64,000 nucleotides of DNA from Alphaproteobacteria bacterium (GCA_024407875.1 JAKSVT010000003.1:19563-83562); one strand, 5' to 3'; positions 40,033-52,300 are shown, numbered from the stretch's first letter. Notes: generated by a model from the sequence alone, not told the origin. Program-made: numbers and translations.

Positions 40033-41672
40033 AATTAAGTAAATCATTATTAGTAGCATCAGGATTGTTAATATCTGTAAATGCTAATGCAAATGTTAAT
40101 AATGTTGTTTCTAAAATTGATAGTGTAATTGTTTATACAGATCAAGCAGATGTTTCTAGAATAGCCTTTGTTGATTTGCCTGTTGGTAAATCTGTTATTG
40201 TCTTTAAACAAATGCCTTATTCTATGATTAAAGATTCTGTTCGTATATCAGGAATTGGTAATTCTGCCTTTGATATTGGTTCTGTTGAAATTAAAGAAGT
40301 TTTTTTGACAGATGAACAACGTGCTAAAAATGATGAATTACAAAATAAGTTGATGGCATTAAAAGATAAAAAGTCATTAATTCAATCACAAATTGAAGCA
40401 ACGAATGCTTCTATGAATTTTATTAAAAATATTCAACTCGGAAAGAATGATTTAAGTTTAAATCAAAATAGTTGGCAAGCTGCTTGGCAAAATGTAAAAA
40501 ATGGAATGAATACATTAGGCAAAGAAAATGTAAACTTAAATATCCAATTAAGAAAAATTGATGATGAAATCAAGACTTTAGAAAAGCAAATCAACTCTTC
40601 AAATGCCAATAATAAAAGAACGTTTGATATTAATGTAAATGTTGAAACTAAAGCATTAACTAAAGCTAATATTAATTTAAAATATCGTGTTCGCGGAGTT
40701 TTTTGGCATCCTGAATATGAAGCTAAATTAGATAGTGCTACTCAAAGTGTTCAAATTGAACAATATGGTGTTATTTCTCAAAAATCAGGCGAAGATTGGA
40801 AAAATGTAAGTTTAGAGTTATCAACAGGAAGACCTACACAAACAACACGTCCTCCAGAATTGTATCCATCATATGTTGATGTTCAAGACCAAGTAGATAT
40901 GGCAGATAATTCAGTTCAAATGCCTTTGCGTAAAAAAATGATGGTAAAAACAAGAGCTTTAAATTCTGTTGCCATGAATGAAGAAATGGATATGGTTGCA
41001 GCTGCGCCAGCACCAATGTTATATGCTGCTAATACAGTCAAAGCTACTGAAGAGAGTAATGATTATACACAAAGCTTTAAAATTCCAGGATTGAATAATG
41101 TTCAAGCAGATGGAAGTGAAAAGAAATTAAATATTAATGCTATTAAAACAAGTGCTGAATTATCTATTGAAACTGTTCCATCTTTAGATTCTGCAGCTTA
41201 TGTTTTAGCTGAGTTAACATTTAATGGTAATACAAATAATTTACCAGGTAAGATGTCTTTATATAGAGATGGCGCATATATTGGTAATACATATGTAAAT
41301 ATGATGTTGCCAGGTGAAAAAACAAAAGTTTATTTTGGCCAAGATGATAGTATTAAAGTTCAATACAAAGTTTTGGGCGAGAAGAAGCATGATGCAGGTA
41401 TGATTGCAAAATTAAACCAAAATGAAAGCTCTGCACAAACAAAGGTTCAAAATATGCATAAAAAACCAATTAAATTGGTTGTTTATGAAAGAATTCCTGT
41501 TTCTAAAAATGATAGTGTTGAAGTTAAAGTTGTTAAAACAAAAACAACTCCTGATTACATAAGTGAACAAGGTGTAATTAAATGGGAATACACTTTACAA
41601 CCTAATGAAGCTAAGACATATGATTTTGATTACATAATTTCTTGGCCAAAGGATAAAATGTTAATTAAATAA
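40029..41672 (+). CDS. DUF4140/DUF4139 (MuiA-like) protein
   Basis: IDSVIVYTDQADVSR, WHPEYEAKL, QKSGEDWKNVSLELSTGRP, ERIPVS motifs. Confidence 0.85.
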   Translation: MKLSKSLLVASGLLISVNANANVNNVVSKIDSVIVYTDQADVSRIAFVDLPVGKSVIVFKQMPYSMIKDSVRISGIGNSAFDIGSVEIKEVFLTDEQRAKNDELQNKLMALKDKKSLIQSQIEATNASMNFIKNIQLGKNDLSLNQNSWQAAWQNVKNGMNTLGKENVNLNIQLRKIDDEIKTLEKQINSSNANNKRTFDINVNVETKALTKANINLKYRVRGVFWHPEYEAKLDSATQSVQIEQYGVISQKSGEDWKNVSLELSTGRPTQTTRPPELYPSYVDVQDQVDMADNSVQMPLRKKMMVKTRALNSVAMNEEMDMVAAAPAPMLYAANTVKATEESNDYTQSFKIPGLNNVQADGSEKKLNINAIKTSAELSIETVPSLDSAAYVLAELTFNGNTNNLPGKMSLYRDGAYIGNTYVNMMLPGEKTKVYFGQDDSIKVQYKVLGEKKHDAGMIAKLNQNESSAQTKVQNMHKKPIKLVVYERIPVSKNDSVEVKVVKTKTTPDYISEQGVIKWEYTLQPNEAKTYDFDYIISWPKDKMLIK

Positions 41673-41687
41673 TTTTTAAAAATTATG

Positions 41688-41734
41688 AGAAAATGCACAC
41701 TTTTCAATATGTTTGAAAAGTGTGTTTTTCTTTT
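41688..41734 (+). terminator. Probable terminator
   Basis: GCACACTTTTCAA/TTGAAAAGTGTGT stem followed by a T-rich tail. Confidence 0.65.
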
Positions 41735-41837
41735 AATGAAAATTGATAATAGTTTTGTTAAATTTTTGTTTTGTTTATAGGGGTTTTGTTGTATATTCAA
41801 CGCAAAATTAATTGTCTTTTATAAGGAGTTTAATAAA

Positions 41838-43382
41838 GTGAGTGAACAAAATAAACGTCCACATCCTGTAATGCTTTGTATTTTGGATGGTTGGGGAAAT
41901 CGTGAAAGTAAAGAAAATAATGCTATTGAAATTGGAAATACTCCAGTTTGGCATGATTTGGTAAAAAATAATCCTCATACATTAATTGCTACATCAGGAT
42001 TAGATGTAGGATTGCCAGATGGACAAATGGGTAATTCAGAAGTTGGTCATACAAATATCGGTGCTGGTCGTGTTGTTATGCAAGACTTGCCAAAGATTGA
42101 TCAAGCAAGTAAAGATGGTTCTTTAGCTAAAAGACCTGCTGTTGTTGAATTGATTGAAAATTTAAAGAAAACAAATGGTACTTGCCATTTAATGGGATTG
42201 ATGAGCCCAGGTGGTGTTCATTCTCATATGAACCATATTGTTGCTTTAGCTGAAATTTTAGATAAAGCTGGTGTTAAGGTTGCTGTTCATGCATTTTTAG
42301 ATGGTCGTGATACTCCTCCAGATTCAGCAAAAGATTATGTTGCTGATTTTGAAAATAGAACAGAAGCATTCAAGAATGTTAAAGTTGCAACAGTTTCTGG
42401 TCGTTATTATGCAATGGATCGTGATAACCGTTGGGAACGTGTAACACTCGCATTTGAAGCTTTAATGAATGGAAAAGGCAAAACAGCAAATACTGCTGCA
42501 GAAGCAATTAAAGCATCTTATGATGAAAAAGTTTTTGATGAATTCGTAATCCCATGTGTCGTTGGTGATTATGATGGTATGAAAGATGGCGATGCTATTT
42601 TGTTTGCTAATTTCCGCGCTGATCGTGCTCGCGAAATTATGTATATTTTAGCTGATAAAGAATTCACAAAATGTGAACGCTCAAAAACAGTTAAGTTCTG
42701 TGCAGTTGTTGGAATGACACAATATTCTGCAGATCATGATAGATTTGTAAAAGCTATTTATCCACCAGAACAATTAGTAAATATTTTCGGCGAAGTTGTA
42801 TCTAAAGCTGGATTAAAACAATTACGTATTGCAGAAACAGAAAAATATGCTCACGTAACATTCTTCTTCAATGGTGGTGAAGAAAAATTGTTCCCAGGTG
42901 AAGATCGTATTTTAATACCTTCTCCAAAGGTAGCAACATATGATTTACAACCAGAAATGAGTGCATATGAAGTATGTGATGCTTTAGTAAAAGCTATTAA
43001 AGATGAAAAATTTGACACAATCATTGTAAACTTTGCTAATGGCGATATGGTAGGTCATACAGGCGTTTTAGAAGCAGCTGTTAAAGCAACAGAAGCTGTT
43101 GATAAATGCTTAGGAAAATTGACAAAAGCTATTGAAGAAGTTGGTGGTGTAATGTTGGTAACAGCAGATCACGGAAACTGTGAAATGATGAAAGATGAAA
43201 AAACAGGTGCTCCATACACAGCACATACAACTTTCAAAGTTCCTGCTGTTTTATTTAATGCTGACAAAGAATTGAAATTGCGTGACGGTGGTCGCTTAGC
43301 TGATTTAGCTCCTACATTGTTAGAACTATTAGGCTTAAAACAACCTGCTGAAATGACAGGAAAATCCTTGTTGGTAAAATAA
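41838..43382 (+). CDS. gpmI: 2,3-bisphosphoglycerate-independent phosphoglycerate mutase
   Basis: ILDGWG, QMGNSEVGH, GRYYAMDRD, AETEKYAHVT, DMVGHTG, TADHGN. Confidence 0.97.
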   Translation: MSEQNKRPHPVMLCILDGWGNRESKENNAIEIGNTPVWHDLVKNNPHTLIATSGLDVGLPDGQMGNSEVGHTNIGAGRVVMQDLPKIDQASKDGSLAKRPAVVELIENLKKTNGTCHLMGLMSPGGVHSHMNHIVALAEILDKAGVKVAVHAFLDGRDTPPDSAKDYVADFENRTEAFKNVKVATVSGRYYAMDRDNRWERVTLAFEALMNGKGKTANTAAEAIKASYDEKVFDEFVIPCVVGDYDGMKDGDAILFANFRADRAREIMYILADKEFTKCERSKTVKFCAVVGMTQYSADHDRFVKAIYPPEQLVNIFGEVVSKAGLKQLRIAETEKYAHVTFFFNGGEEKLFPGEDRILIPSPKVATYDLQPEMSAYEVCDALVKAIKDEKFDTIIVNFANGDMVGHTGVLEAAVKATEAVDKCLGKLTKAIEEVGGVMLVTADHGNCEMMKDEKTGAPYTAHTTFKVPAVLFNADKELKLRDGGRLADLAPTLLELLGLKQPAEMTGKSLLVK

Positions 43383-44665
43383 TGAATAAACAACAGCGTT
43401 TTAAAATTTATAATGTTATGGCCACATTCCTGATTTTTTCAGGAATGTTGGTCGTTACAAATAATGCTGTTTCAAAACCTATTATTTTAACAAATTCTAG
43501 TAGTAAAAATACTACAGCATCTAAGAAAACTGCTAAAAAATCTTCAAAAGAAACAAAGAAAAAAGATACATCAGTTAACAATGCAAAAGTTGGCCAAACT
43601 AAAAAAGAATTATCTCAAATTAATTCTAAAATTCAGGCTGAAAAAGATAAGCAAACACAATTAGATAAAAAAGTTGAATTAACAAAAAAAGAAATTCTTG
43701 AAGTTCAGCGTAAAATGGTTGTTGCTGCAGGGTCTATTCAAGAGCAAGAAGAAAGTTTAGGTAGACTAGAACAAAAAATGCATGAATTCGAAACAGGCTT
43801 AGCTCAAATGAAACAATGTCTAAGTGTTAGAAAAAAACAACGTATTTACGTTTTAGCTGCTTTGCAAAATTTAGCATGGAAACCGACAGAAGCTTTGTTT
43901 ATTCAACCTTTGCCAGCAGAATATACTTTAAGAAGTGCTCTTTTGTTAAGAGAAGTTGTTCCAAGGCTTGAATATACAACAGATGAGTTAAATGAAGATA
44001 TTGCAAAAGTTTCTAGTTTAACTGGGGCTATTAAAGCTCAATACGCGCAAATTAAAACATATGCTAAGCGTTTGGAAGAAAAACGTAAAAATATGGATGG
44101 TTTGTTGCTTCAAAAAACGAAATTACAAAATATGTTTGCTCAAGAAAGTAAGCAGGCAAAATTACGTGCAGAAAATTTGGCTAAACAAGCAAGCGATTTG
44201 AAAGATTTGGTTGCAAAGTTAGAACAAGAAAGTATGAAACGTAAGAAAGAAAAGAAAAAAGTTAAAACTGAAGAAACTGGTGCATTTATGGCATCTAAAG
44301 GAAAAATTCCATATCCTGTAAAAGGTACAATTGTTAAAAATTATGGAGATGCTACTGACACAGGGCCTTCAAAGGGAATTGTTATTCAAACCCGTGGTAA
44401 TGCACAAGTTATTTCACCATTTGATGGAACAGTTTTGTTTGCTGGACCATTTAGAGGTTATGGTCAACTCATGATTATTGAACATGATGGTGGATATCAT
44501 ACTTTGTTAGCTGGTATGGGAAGACTTGATGCTGTTGTTGGCTCATCATTAATGGCAGGAGAACCTGTGGGTATAATGAGTGATGAATTATCTCCTACAT
44601 TGTACATTGAATTAAGACATGGTGGTCAACCTATTAATCCATCAAGTTATATGAAAAATAAATAG
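43382..44665 (+). CDS. envC: Murein hydrolase activator EnvC (coiled coil + degenerate M23)
   Basis: Long coiled coil; FAGPFRGYGQLMIIEH, LYIELR; conserved position after gpmI. Confidence 0.85.
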   Translation: MNKQQRFKIYNVMATFLIFSGMLVVTNNAVSKPIILTNSSSKNTTASKKTAKKSSKETKKKDTSVNNAKVGQTKKELSQINSKIQAEKDKQTQLDKKVELTKKEILEVQRKMVVAAGSIQEQEESLGRLEQKMHEFETGLAQMKQCLSVRKKQRIYVLAALQNLAWKPTEALFIQPLPAEYTLRSALLLREVVPRLEYTTDELNEDIAKVSSLTGAIKAQYAQIKTYAKRLEEKRKNMDGLLLQKTKLQNMFAQESKQAKLRAENLAKQASDLKDLVAKLEQESMKRKKEKKKVKTEETGAFMASKGKIPYPVKGTIVKNYGDATDTGPSKGIVIQTRGNAQVISPFDGTVLFAGPFRGYGQLMIIEHDGGYHTLLAGMGRLDAVVGSSLMAGEPVGIMSDELSPTLYIELRHGGQPINPSSYMKNK

Positions 44666-44744
44666 TTTTTAAAAATTATATTAAATCGTTGAAAAATTGG
44701 GAAGATTGATTTAAAAATATCTAAATATGTTTTTTTAAACAAAT

Positions 44745-46148
44745 ATGAGGAATGAAATGATAAAACGTTTTGGTTTAATTTCTTTATTAATGTCAGCATT
44801 GTTGACAACACAAAGCTTTGCTGCTGAAGAAAAGAAAGAAGAAAAAAAGCCAGTAGATGTATATAAATACTTGGCTGTTTTTGGAGAAACTTTAAATCGT
44901 GCTAAGACGGATTATGTAGAAGAAGTTGGTGAAGATAAATTAATTGAAAATGCAATTAATGGAATGTTGTCTTCATTAGATCCTCATTCATCATATTTAG
45001 ATGCTAAATCATTTCAAGAAATGCAAGAACAGACCAAAGGCGAATTTGGTGGTTTAGGCATTGAAGTTACAATGGATAGTGGATGGGTTAAAGTTGTATC
45101 TCCTATTGATGATACTCCAGCATTTAAAGCGGGTATTCAAGCAGGTGATTATATTACTCATATTGAAGGACAAGCTGTTTTAGGGTTAACTTTAACTCAA
45201 GCTGTTGAAAAGATGAGAGGTCCAGTTAAAACAAAAGTTAAATTGACAATTCGTCGTAAAAATGCTGATCCGTTTGATGTTGTAATTACAAGAGATAATA
45301 TTAAAATTAAATCTGTAAAAGGAAATGAAGATTTTAATAAAGCAAATCCTGAAGCAAAATACAAAAATATCGGGTATTTACGTATTTCTCAATTTATGGA
45401 AACAACAACAGATGATCTCAAAAAATTGATTAATGAAATCAAAGAGACAAAAAAGAAAAATAACGAAGAAATTTTAGGATACATTATTGATTTACGTAAT
45501 AATCCAGGTGGATTGTTAGATCAAGCAATTAAAGTATCTGATTTATTCTTAGATAAGGGTGAAATTGTATCCACAAGACCAAGAGATAAATCACAAATTC
45601 AATCATTTAGTGCAGAAATGTTTGAACCTGGAGATATTATTGAAGGCTTGCCATTAGTTGTATTGATTAATGAAGGATCAGCTTCAGCATCTGAAATTGT
45701 ATCCGGTGCTTTACAAGACCATAAACGTGCAATTGTTGCTGGTATGAAATCATTTGGTAAAGGTTCTGTACAATCAGTTATTCCTATTAATGGAATGGGA
45801 GCTATTCGTTTAACAACTGCAAGATATTACACACCATCTGGAAGATCAATTCAAGCAAAGGGGATTGAACCTGATATCGTAATTCCTATGGCAAAACTTG
45901 AAAATTTAAATAATGGAATTGAAGAATTGTTCTCTGAAGCTGCTTTACCTAATGCTTTAGCAAAACAAGATGATTCAAAAGATAATAAAAAAGATGCTAA
46001 AAAGTCTAAGAAAGACAATAAATCTTTAGATAAAAATGATGATAATAAAAATGCTTCTGATGATAAACAAGAAAAGAAAATCGCAGATTATCAATTAGAT
46101 AGAGCTTGTGATATTGTTAGAGCAATGGGTATTTATCATAAAAAATAA
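44745..46148 (+). CDS. ctpA: Carboxy-terminal processing protease (S41, PDZ)
   Basis: LDPHSSY, FGGLGIEV, DLRNNPGG, SASASEIVSGALQD, FGKGSVQ. Confidence 0.93.
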   Translation: MRNEMIKRFGLISLLMSALLTTQSFAAEEKKEEKKPVDVYKYLAVFGETLNRAKTDYVEEVGEDKLIENAINGMLSSLDPHSSYLDAKSFQEMQEQTKGEFGGLGIEVTMDSGWVKVVSPIDDTPAFKAGIQAGDYITHIEGQAVLGLTLTQAVEKMRGPVKTKVKLTIRRKNADPFDVVITRDNIKIKSVKGNEDFNKANPEAKYKNIGYLRISQFMETTTDDLKKLINEIKETKKKNNEEILGYIIDLRNNPGGLLDQAIKVSDLFLDKGEIVSTRPRDKSQIQSFSAEMFEPGDIIEGLPLVVLINEGSASASEIVSGALQDHKRAIVAGMKSFGKGSVQSVIPINGMGAIRLTTARYYTPSGRSIQAKGIEPDIVIPMAKLENLNNGIEELFSEAALPNALAKQDDSKDNKKDAKKSKKDNKSLDKNDDNKNASDDKQEKKIADYQLDRACDIVRAMGIYHKK

Positions 46149-46167
46149 ATCTTTGTAGGAAAAAATA

Positions 46168-47916
46168 ATGATAAGTGACAATACAAGCTACGCTGCTGTT
46201 CAACAAAGATATTATCGTTTGAAAAATACGATGAATGTTTTAACGCTATTGACTATTTTATCTTTGGTCGGCGTTGGATTTGGTTTTGTTCATACATTTG
46301 TACCATTAGATATTCCGGTTTTTGAATTTTTGTTAAATGAAGATGGAACGAGTGCTAGTTTAGTTACTCCACAACCTGCAAATGGAAAGAAAGAATTAGG
46401 TGATGCTACCAGCCATTCATTAGTAAATGAGATGGAAGCTCACAAAAAGGATTTAGAAAATACAGAAAAAAATTTAAAAGCTAAATTAGAAGAGGCTAAT
46501 GCCCCTGCTAAAGCTGAAAATCCAGAAGTTGAAGCACTTGATCAAGCTAGAAAAGAAGCTGAGGAAGAAAATATTCAGGCTTTAGAAAATTGGGAAAAAG
46601 AAGTTAATGCTGAATTAGATAAAGCAGCTCCTAAAGAAGATAAAGCTGAAGAAGTTAAAGGCAAAGAAGATCCTGAAGCAAAAAAAGTAGATGCAAAGGA
46701 TGAAAAATCTAATGAAGAAAAACCTAAGAAAGAAAAACCTAGTGATGAAGTAAAAAAAGAAGAAATAGGGAATAAAGTTTCTAGTGGTATTCCTGGAGTT
46801 TTTGCTGAAGAAGAACGTATTGAATTAGATTCTGGAATGAAATTGAGTGTAGATGCAAAACATCCTCTTCATTCTTCTGATCATTTAAGTAAAATGGCAA
46901 AAGAAAATGCAGAGAATATGAAGAATGTTAAAAGTTTAACATTGCATCAAAGACAAGGTGAAAGAAGAACAGGAAAAATGGATCCTTTACCATTTCCAGA
47001 TCCTTTGCCTGAAGGAACAACAATTTTAGAAAATGTTGTTGATTATACACAAATTAAAGGTGAAGCTCCTGCACAAATAAATGAACAAATTGCTTTGCAT
47101 GTTGATAGCCCATTACCTAATTTACAAGAAGTAACATCATATGGAAAATTGCCTAAGATAGATGCTACAGGTATGACACCATTTCAGGCTTATAGAGCAC
47201 CTAAATTTCCTGGTTATGCGATAGATGCAGCTAAAGATAAATTACCAACAATTTCATTTTTGATATCAAATATTGGAAATGTTAAAGATTTAAGAAATAG
47301 TGCTATTTTTAAATTGCCTTCTTTTGTATCTTTATGTTTTTCACCATATGTTAATTTGCAAAATTTAAAACAATATGCTTCAGATGCAAGAAATCAGGGA
47401 CATGAAATATTTTTAAATTTGCCAATGCAAATGGGTGTGTTTAAAAACTATGATCCGGGTCAATATGGCTTAGTATCAGGATTATCGGAACAAGAAAATC
47501 GTCAAAGATTACGTAGAATTCTTTCTATTGATGTTCCATACATTGGTGTTTGCTTAACAGGAAATCAGACATTCTCTTCAAGTAATGAAGAGCAAGCATC
47601 TATTTTAGCTGAAGAAATTACTGAACGTGGTTTAGCAATTGTTGCAGGTGTTCAAATTGGCGAAGAAAATGAAAATCAAATAATATTTGAACATACGATT
47701 ATTCCTGATGTTTACATTACAAGCAATGTTTATAAATCAGCAATGCGAGCAAGATTTGAATATATTAAAAAGGTTGCTAGAGAAAAAGGTTCTGTTTTAG
47801 TACGTATTGAACCTATTAAACGTGCTTTCGTTGAAATATTACAATTTATCAATGAAGAAACAGAAAAGGGCGAATTTGCATTTGTTCCAGCATCTGAATA
47901 TATATCAAAACAATAA
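46168..47916 (+). CDS. Divergent polysaccharide deacetylase family protein
   Basis: N-terminal TM, charged linker, ARNQGHEIFLNLPMQ...DPG; conserved position between ctpA and rppH. Confidence 0.75.
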   Translation: MISDNTSYAAVQQRYYRLKNTMNVLTLLTILSLVGVGFGFVHTFVPLDIPVFEFLLNEDGTSASLVTPQPANGKKELGDATSHSLVNEMEAHKKDLENTEKNLKAKLEEANAPAKAENPEVEALDQARKEAEEENIQALENWEKEVNAELDKAAPKEDKAEEVKGKEDPEAKKVDAKDEKSNEEKPKKEKPSDEVKKEEIGNKVSSGIPGVFAEEERIELDSGMKLSVDAKHPLHSSDHLSKMAKENAENMKNVKSLTLHQRQGERRTGKMDPLPFPDPLPEGTTILENVVDYTQIKGEAPAQINEQIALHVDSPLPNLQEVTSYGKLPKIDATGMTPFQAYRAPKFPGYAIDAAKDKLPTISFLISNIGNVKDLRNSAIFKLPSFVSLCFSPYVNLQNLKQYASDARNQGHEIFLNLPMQMGVFKNYDPGQYGLVSGLSEQENRQRLRRILSIDVPYIGVCLTGNQTFSSSNEEQASILAEEITERGLAIVAGVQIGEENENQIIFEHTIIPDVYITSNVYKSAMRARFEYIKKVAREKGSVLVRIEPIKRAFVEILQFINEETEKGEFAFVPASEYISKQ

Positions 47917-47932
47917 TTAATGGGTAATTCTA

Positions 47933-48409
47933 ATGGAAAAACAATATAGACGTAATGTCGGTATAGTTATTAGAAATAAAGACGGTTTAGTATTTTTTGC
48001 AAGACGTAATGATGTAAAAAATGATGAAAGATGCTGGCAATTTCCACAAGGTGGAATTGAAGATGGTGAAGAAAATTTAGCCGCAGCCTATAGAGAAATG
48101 TTTGAAGAAACAGGAATTAAATCTGCAAAATTAGTTGCTGAAATGCCTAATTATGTTCAATATGACTTTGCTAAAGGATATGTTTGGAAAGATAAAAGAA
48201 AAGACGTTATTTGGGTTGGACAAAGACAAAAATGGTTTTTGTTTGATTTTGTTGGTGATGAAAGCGAAATCAATTTAATTAATCCTGATGAACAAGAATT
48301 TTGTGAATATAAATGGGTTAAATTAGAAAATGTTATGGATAAAGTTGTAGAATTTAAACATGACGTTTACAGACAGGTCCTAGATTTTTTGAAGGATTAT
48401 TGTTTATAA
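47933..48409 (+). CDS. rppH: RNA pyrophosphohydrolase (Nudix)
   Basis: YRRNVG, WQFPQGGIEDGE...REMFEETG, GQRQKWF. Confidence 0.93.
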   Translation: MEKQYRRNVGIVIRNKDGLVFFARRNDVKNDERCWQFPQGGIEDGEENLAAAYREMFEETGIKSAKLVAEMPNYVQYDFAKGYVWKDKRKDVIWVGQRQKWFLFDFVGDESEINLINPDEQEFCEYKWVKLENVMDKVVEFKHDVYRQVLDFLKDYCL

Positions 48410-48420
48410 TTCAAAATCTT

Positions 48421-51201
48421 CTAGTTCTTTAGCATTTTTAGTAAATATTTTCCGGTGAATGATTCTTTACATTTTGCAACTTCTTCTGGAGTTCCTTGTG
48501 TAACAATTGTTCCTCCACCGTTTCCTCCTTCAGGCCCCATATCAATAATATAATCTGCTGTTTTGATAACATCTAAATTGTGTTCAATAACAATAACAGT
48601 GTTACCTGTATCAACTAATCTGTGTAAAACTTCTAGTAATTTTGAAATATCTTCAAAATGTAATCCTGTTGTTGGTTCGTCTAAAATATATACAGTCTTA
48701 CCTGTAGCTTTCTTAGAAAGTTCTTTAGATAACTTTATTCTTTGAGCTTCGCCGCCTGATAAAGTTGTAGCAGATTGTCCTAAATGAATATATCCCAAAC
48801 CAACTTCATGTAGTAATTGTAATTTGTTTTTAATGCTTGGAACGTGATCAAAAAATTCTATAGCTTGGTCAACCGTCATATTTAAAACATCAGCAATTGA
48901 TTTATCTTTATATTTAACTTCTAATGTTTCACGGTTATATCTGGAACCCTTGCATTCATCACAAGGTACATAAACATCAGGTAAGAAATTCATTTCAATT
49001 TTAATAACGCCATCACCTTGGCAAGCTTCGCATCTTCCGCCTTTAACGTTAAAAGAAAAACGTCCTGATTTATATCCTCTTAATTTTGCTTCAGGTAATT
49101 CTGCAAACCAATCACGAATATTACTAAATACACCAGTATAAGTAGCAGGATTTGATCTTGGTGTTCTTCCAATAGGAGATTGGTCAATATCAATTATTTT
49201 ATCAATATTTTCTAATCCTGTAATTTTATCGTAAGCCCCAACATTAATTCTGGCTCCATTTAATAATTTTTCTAAGCCTTTATATAATGTTTCTATTACT
49301 AAAGAAGATTTTCCACCACCTGATACACCAGTAACACAAGTAAATTTACCTAAAGGAAATTTAGCGTTAACATTCTTTAAGTTGTTAACTCTAGCTCCAA
49401 TAACTTCAATGAATTTTCCATTACCGGTTCTTCTAGTTTTTGGTACAGCTATTTTCTTTTTTCTAGATAGATATTGTCCTGTTAGACTTTCAGGAACTTT
49501 ACATATTTCTTCAGCAGTGCCTTGAGCTACCAAATGTCCACCATTAGCTCCTGCTTCAACTCCCATATCAATGATTTGATCTGCAGCTCTCATTGTATCT
49601 TCATCATGTTCAACAACTACAACTGTGTTACCTAAATCTCTTAAACGATATAAAGTGGAAAGTAATCTGTCGTTATCTCTTTGATGCAAACCAATAGAAG
49701 GTTCATCTAAAACATATAATACGCCTGTTAAACCTGAACCTATTTGGGAAGCTAAACGAATACGTTGACTTTCTCCTCCAGATAAAGTCCCAGATGATCT
49801 ACCTAATGATAAGTATCCTAAACCAACATTAATTAGAAAATCTAATCGTTCATTAGTCTCTCTTAAAATACGCTTAGCAATTTCAGCTTTTTGTGGTGAT
49901 AATTGGTCTATTACAGTGCCAAACCAAGCCCTTGCATCTTGAATAGATAAATTAGTTATATCAGCAATATCTTTTCCAGCAATTTTAACGCATAAAGCCT
50001 CAGGTCTTAAACGCTTTCCATGACAGCATTCGCATACAATATTGTTTTGAAAGCGTTGAATATCATTTCTAACCCATTCAGAGTCTGTTTCTAAAAAACG
50101 TCTGTTTAAGTTAGGAATTACTCCTTCAAAATTATGACATCCATATAAAATAGCTTTTTGTAATTCAGGTTCTAAATCACACCATCTATTTGATAAATCT
50201 AACTTAAATTTATAAGATAAAGCATCTAAAGAATCTTTATGCCATGGATAAATTTCGCCGTTTAAACCAGACCAAGGAGCAATAGCTCCTTCATCTAAAC
50301 GAAGTTCTTTATTTGGAACAACTAAATCAGGATCAATATGGAGTTTTACTCCAAGTCCTTCACATTCAGGACAAAATCCTCTAGGATTATTAAATGAAAA
50401 TAAACGGGGTTCTATTTCATCGATAGTAAATCCAGATACAGGGCATGAATATCTTGAAGAAAATAAAATTTCACTATTGTCATTTAAATTTTGAATAACA
50501 GCTAAACCATCAGATAAATTTAAAGCTGTTTCAAAAGATTCTGCTAGTCTTGATTTTATTTCAGGTTTTAGAATAATTCTATCAACAATAACACTAATAT
50601 CATGTTTCTTGTTTTTATCTAATTCTGGAGTTTCTTCTATTAAATAAGTTTCCCCATCAATTTTTAAACGTTGAAAACCTTTTTTTTGAAATTCTTTTAT
50701 TTCTTTTTTATATTCACCTTTTTTGCTTCTTATAACAGGGGACATTAAAAGTAATTTTGTTCCAGTTTCCATCTCAAGGACTTTATCAACCATTTGAGAT
50801 ACGGTTTGTGCTTCAATTGGTAATCCTGTTGTTGGAGAATAAGGAGTTCCCGCTCTAGCCCATAATAAACGCATAAAATCGTATATTTCAGTAACAGTTC
50901 CTACAATAGATCTAGGATTGTGAGAAGTTGTCTTTTGTTCAATAGAAATAGCAGGTGATAGACCTTCAATTAAATCAACGTCAGGCTTTTTTGTTAAATC
51001 AACAAATTGTCTTGCGTAAACAGATAAACTATCAACGTATCTGCGTTGACCTTCTGCATATAATGTATCAAATGCTAATGAAGATTTGCCCGATCCTGAT
51101 AAGCCTGTAATAACTACTAATTTATTTTTAGGAATATCAATATCTACATCTTTTAAATTGTGTTCTCTTGCACCACGAATTTTAATTTTGTCGCTTGGCA
51201 T
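48421..51201 (-). CDS. uvrA: Excinuclease ABC subunit A
   Basis: GAREHNLK, two ABC modules ([16 protein letters not shown]), zinc fingers. Confidence 0.98.
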   Translation of the reverse strand: MPSDKIKIRGAREHNLKDVDIDIPKNKLVVITGLSGSGKSSLAFDTLYAEGQRRYVDSLSVYARQFVDLTKKPDVDLIEGLSPAISIEQKTTSHNPRSIVGTVTEIYDFMRLLWARAGTPYSPTTGLPIEAQTVSQMVDKVLEMETGTKLLLMSPVIRSKKGEYKKEIKEFQKKGFQRLKIDGETYLIEETPELDKNKKHDISVIVDRIILKPEIKSRLAESFETALNLSDGLAVIQNLNDNSEILFSSRYSCPVSGFTIDEIEPRLFSFNNPRGFCPECEGLGVKLHIDPDLVVPNKELRLDEGAIAPWSGLNGEIYPWHKDSLDALSYKFKLDLSNRWCDLEPELQKAILYGCHNFEGVIPNLNRRFLETDSEWVRNDIQRFQNNIVCECCHGKRLRPEALCVKIAGKDIADITNLSIQDARAWFGTVIDQLSPQKAEIAKRILRETNERLDFLINVGLGYLSLGRSSGTLSGGESQRIRLASQIGSGLTGVLYVLDEPSIGLHQRDNDRLLSTLYRLRDLGNTVVVVEHDEDTMRAADQIIDMGVEAGANGGHLVAQGTAEEICKVPESLTGQYLSRKKKIAVPKTRRTGNGKFIEVIGARVNNLKNVNAKFPLGKFTCVTGVSGGGKSSLVIETLYKGLEKLLNGARINVGAYDKITGLENIDKIIDIDQSPIGRTPRSNPATYTGVFSNIRDWFAELPEAKLRGYKSGRFSFNVKGGRCEACQGDGVIKIEMNFLPDVYVPCDECKGSRYNRETLEVKYKDKSIADVLNMTVDQAIEFFDHVPSIKNKLQLLHEVGLGYIHLGQSATTLSGGEAQRIKLSKELSKKATGKTVYILDEPTTGLHFEDISKLLEVLHRLVDTGNTVIVIEHNLDVIKTADYIIDMGPEGGNGGGTIVTQGTPEEVAKCKESFTGKYLLKMLKN

Positions 51202-52289
51202 TATTTTTCCATAAATTCTTTTAGTAAAGAAACTAATGTTGTCATTTCTTCTTCATTGCCTATAGTAATGCGTAATTCGTCTTTTAATCCATACGCTAAA
51301 ACTCTTCTAACAATGTATCCATGTTGTTTTAAAAATTCGTCGCACTTTTCAGATGTTTTTCCTGTTTTTGGAAAATGAACTAAAACGAAATTAGCGACAG
51401 TTGGTGTGCAATTAAGTCCAATTTTGCTAAGTTCTTCTGGAAACTTCTTTTGCCATTTTTTGTTGTGCTCAAAACATTTTTTTACAAATTCTCTGTCTTG
51501 CATAGCAACAACACCAGCATATTGAGCCATTGTATTAACATTAAAAGGAGCTCTAATTCTGTTAAATACGTCGATTATTTCTTTGCTTGCATAAGACCAA
51601 CCAATTCTAAGGCCGCCTAAAGCGTAAATCTTAGAAAATGTTCTAAGCATAATTACATTGTTAAATTCTTCTACGAATTCAGCTCCAGCAGTATAATCTT
51701 CACAAGGAACATATTCAGCATAAGCAGAATCCAAAACTATTAAAATATTTGAAGGAACTTTTTTGCAAAAATCATATAAATCTTTTTTGGGTAAATATGT
51801 TCCAGTAGGATTTCCAGGGTTTGTAATGAATATAATTTTTGTTTTGTTCGTTATTGCTGATAGTACTGCATCTAAATCAACAGTATAATTTTTTTCAGGG
51901 ACTTCAATTACGTTTGCACCGTTTCCTTTTGCACATACACGATACATTGAAAATCCATATTGTGTCATTATAACGTCATCGCCATCTTTTGAAAAGGCTT
52001 CGCAAATTATATCAATAACGTTATCAGATCCTGTTCCACATAATATTTTGTCTTTATCTAAATTGTGAACTTTAGCAATAGCTTCTCTTAATTCTTGGCT
52101 ACTTCCATCAGGATATCTAAACATTAACTCAGCATGACTTCTTATTGCTTCTACAACATTTGGATTAACCCCAAATGCTCCTTCGTTTGAAGATAATTTA
52201 ACAACTTTATCAAAGCCTGGAAGTTTAGAAGTTCCTCCAACATATGGAGAAATTTCCATAATGGTATCGTGTGCAACAGGTGTTTTCAT
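51201..52289 (-). CDS. hisC: Histidinol-phosphate aminotransferase
   Basis: [39 protein letters not shown]. Confidence 0.92.
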   Translation of the reverse strand: MKTPVAHDTIMEISPYVGGTSKLPGFDKVVKLSSNEGAFGVNPNVVEAIRSHAELMFRYPDGSSQELREAIAKVHNLDKDKILCGTGSDNVIDIICEAFSKDGDDVIMTQYGFSMYRVCAKGNGANVIEVPEKNYTVDLDAVLSAITNKTKIIFITNPGNPTGTYLPKKDLYDFCKKVPSNILIVLDSAYAEYVPCEDYTAGAEFVEEFNNVIMLRTFSKIYALGGLRIGWSYASKEIIDVFNRIRAPFNVNTMAQYAGVVAMQDREFVKKCFEHNKKWQKKFPEELSKIGLNCTPTVANFVLVHFPKTGKTSEKCDEFLKQHGYIVRRVLAYGLKDELRITIGNEEEMTTLVSLLKEFMEK

Positions 52290-52300
52290 TTTGATAAATC

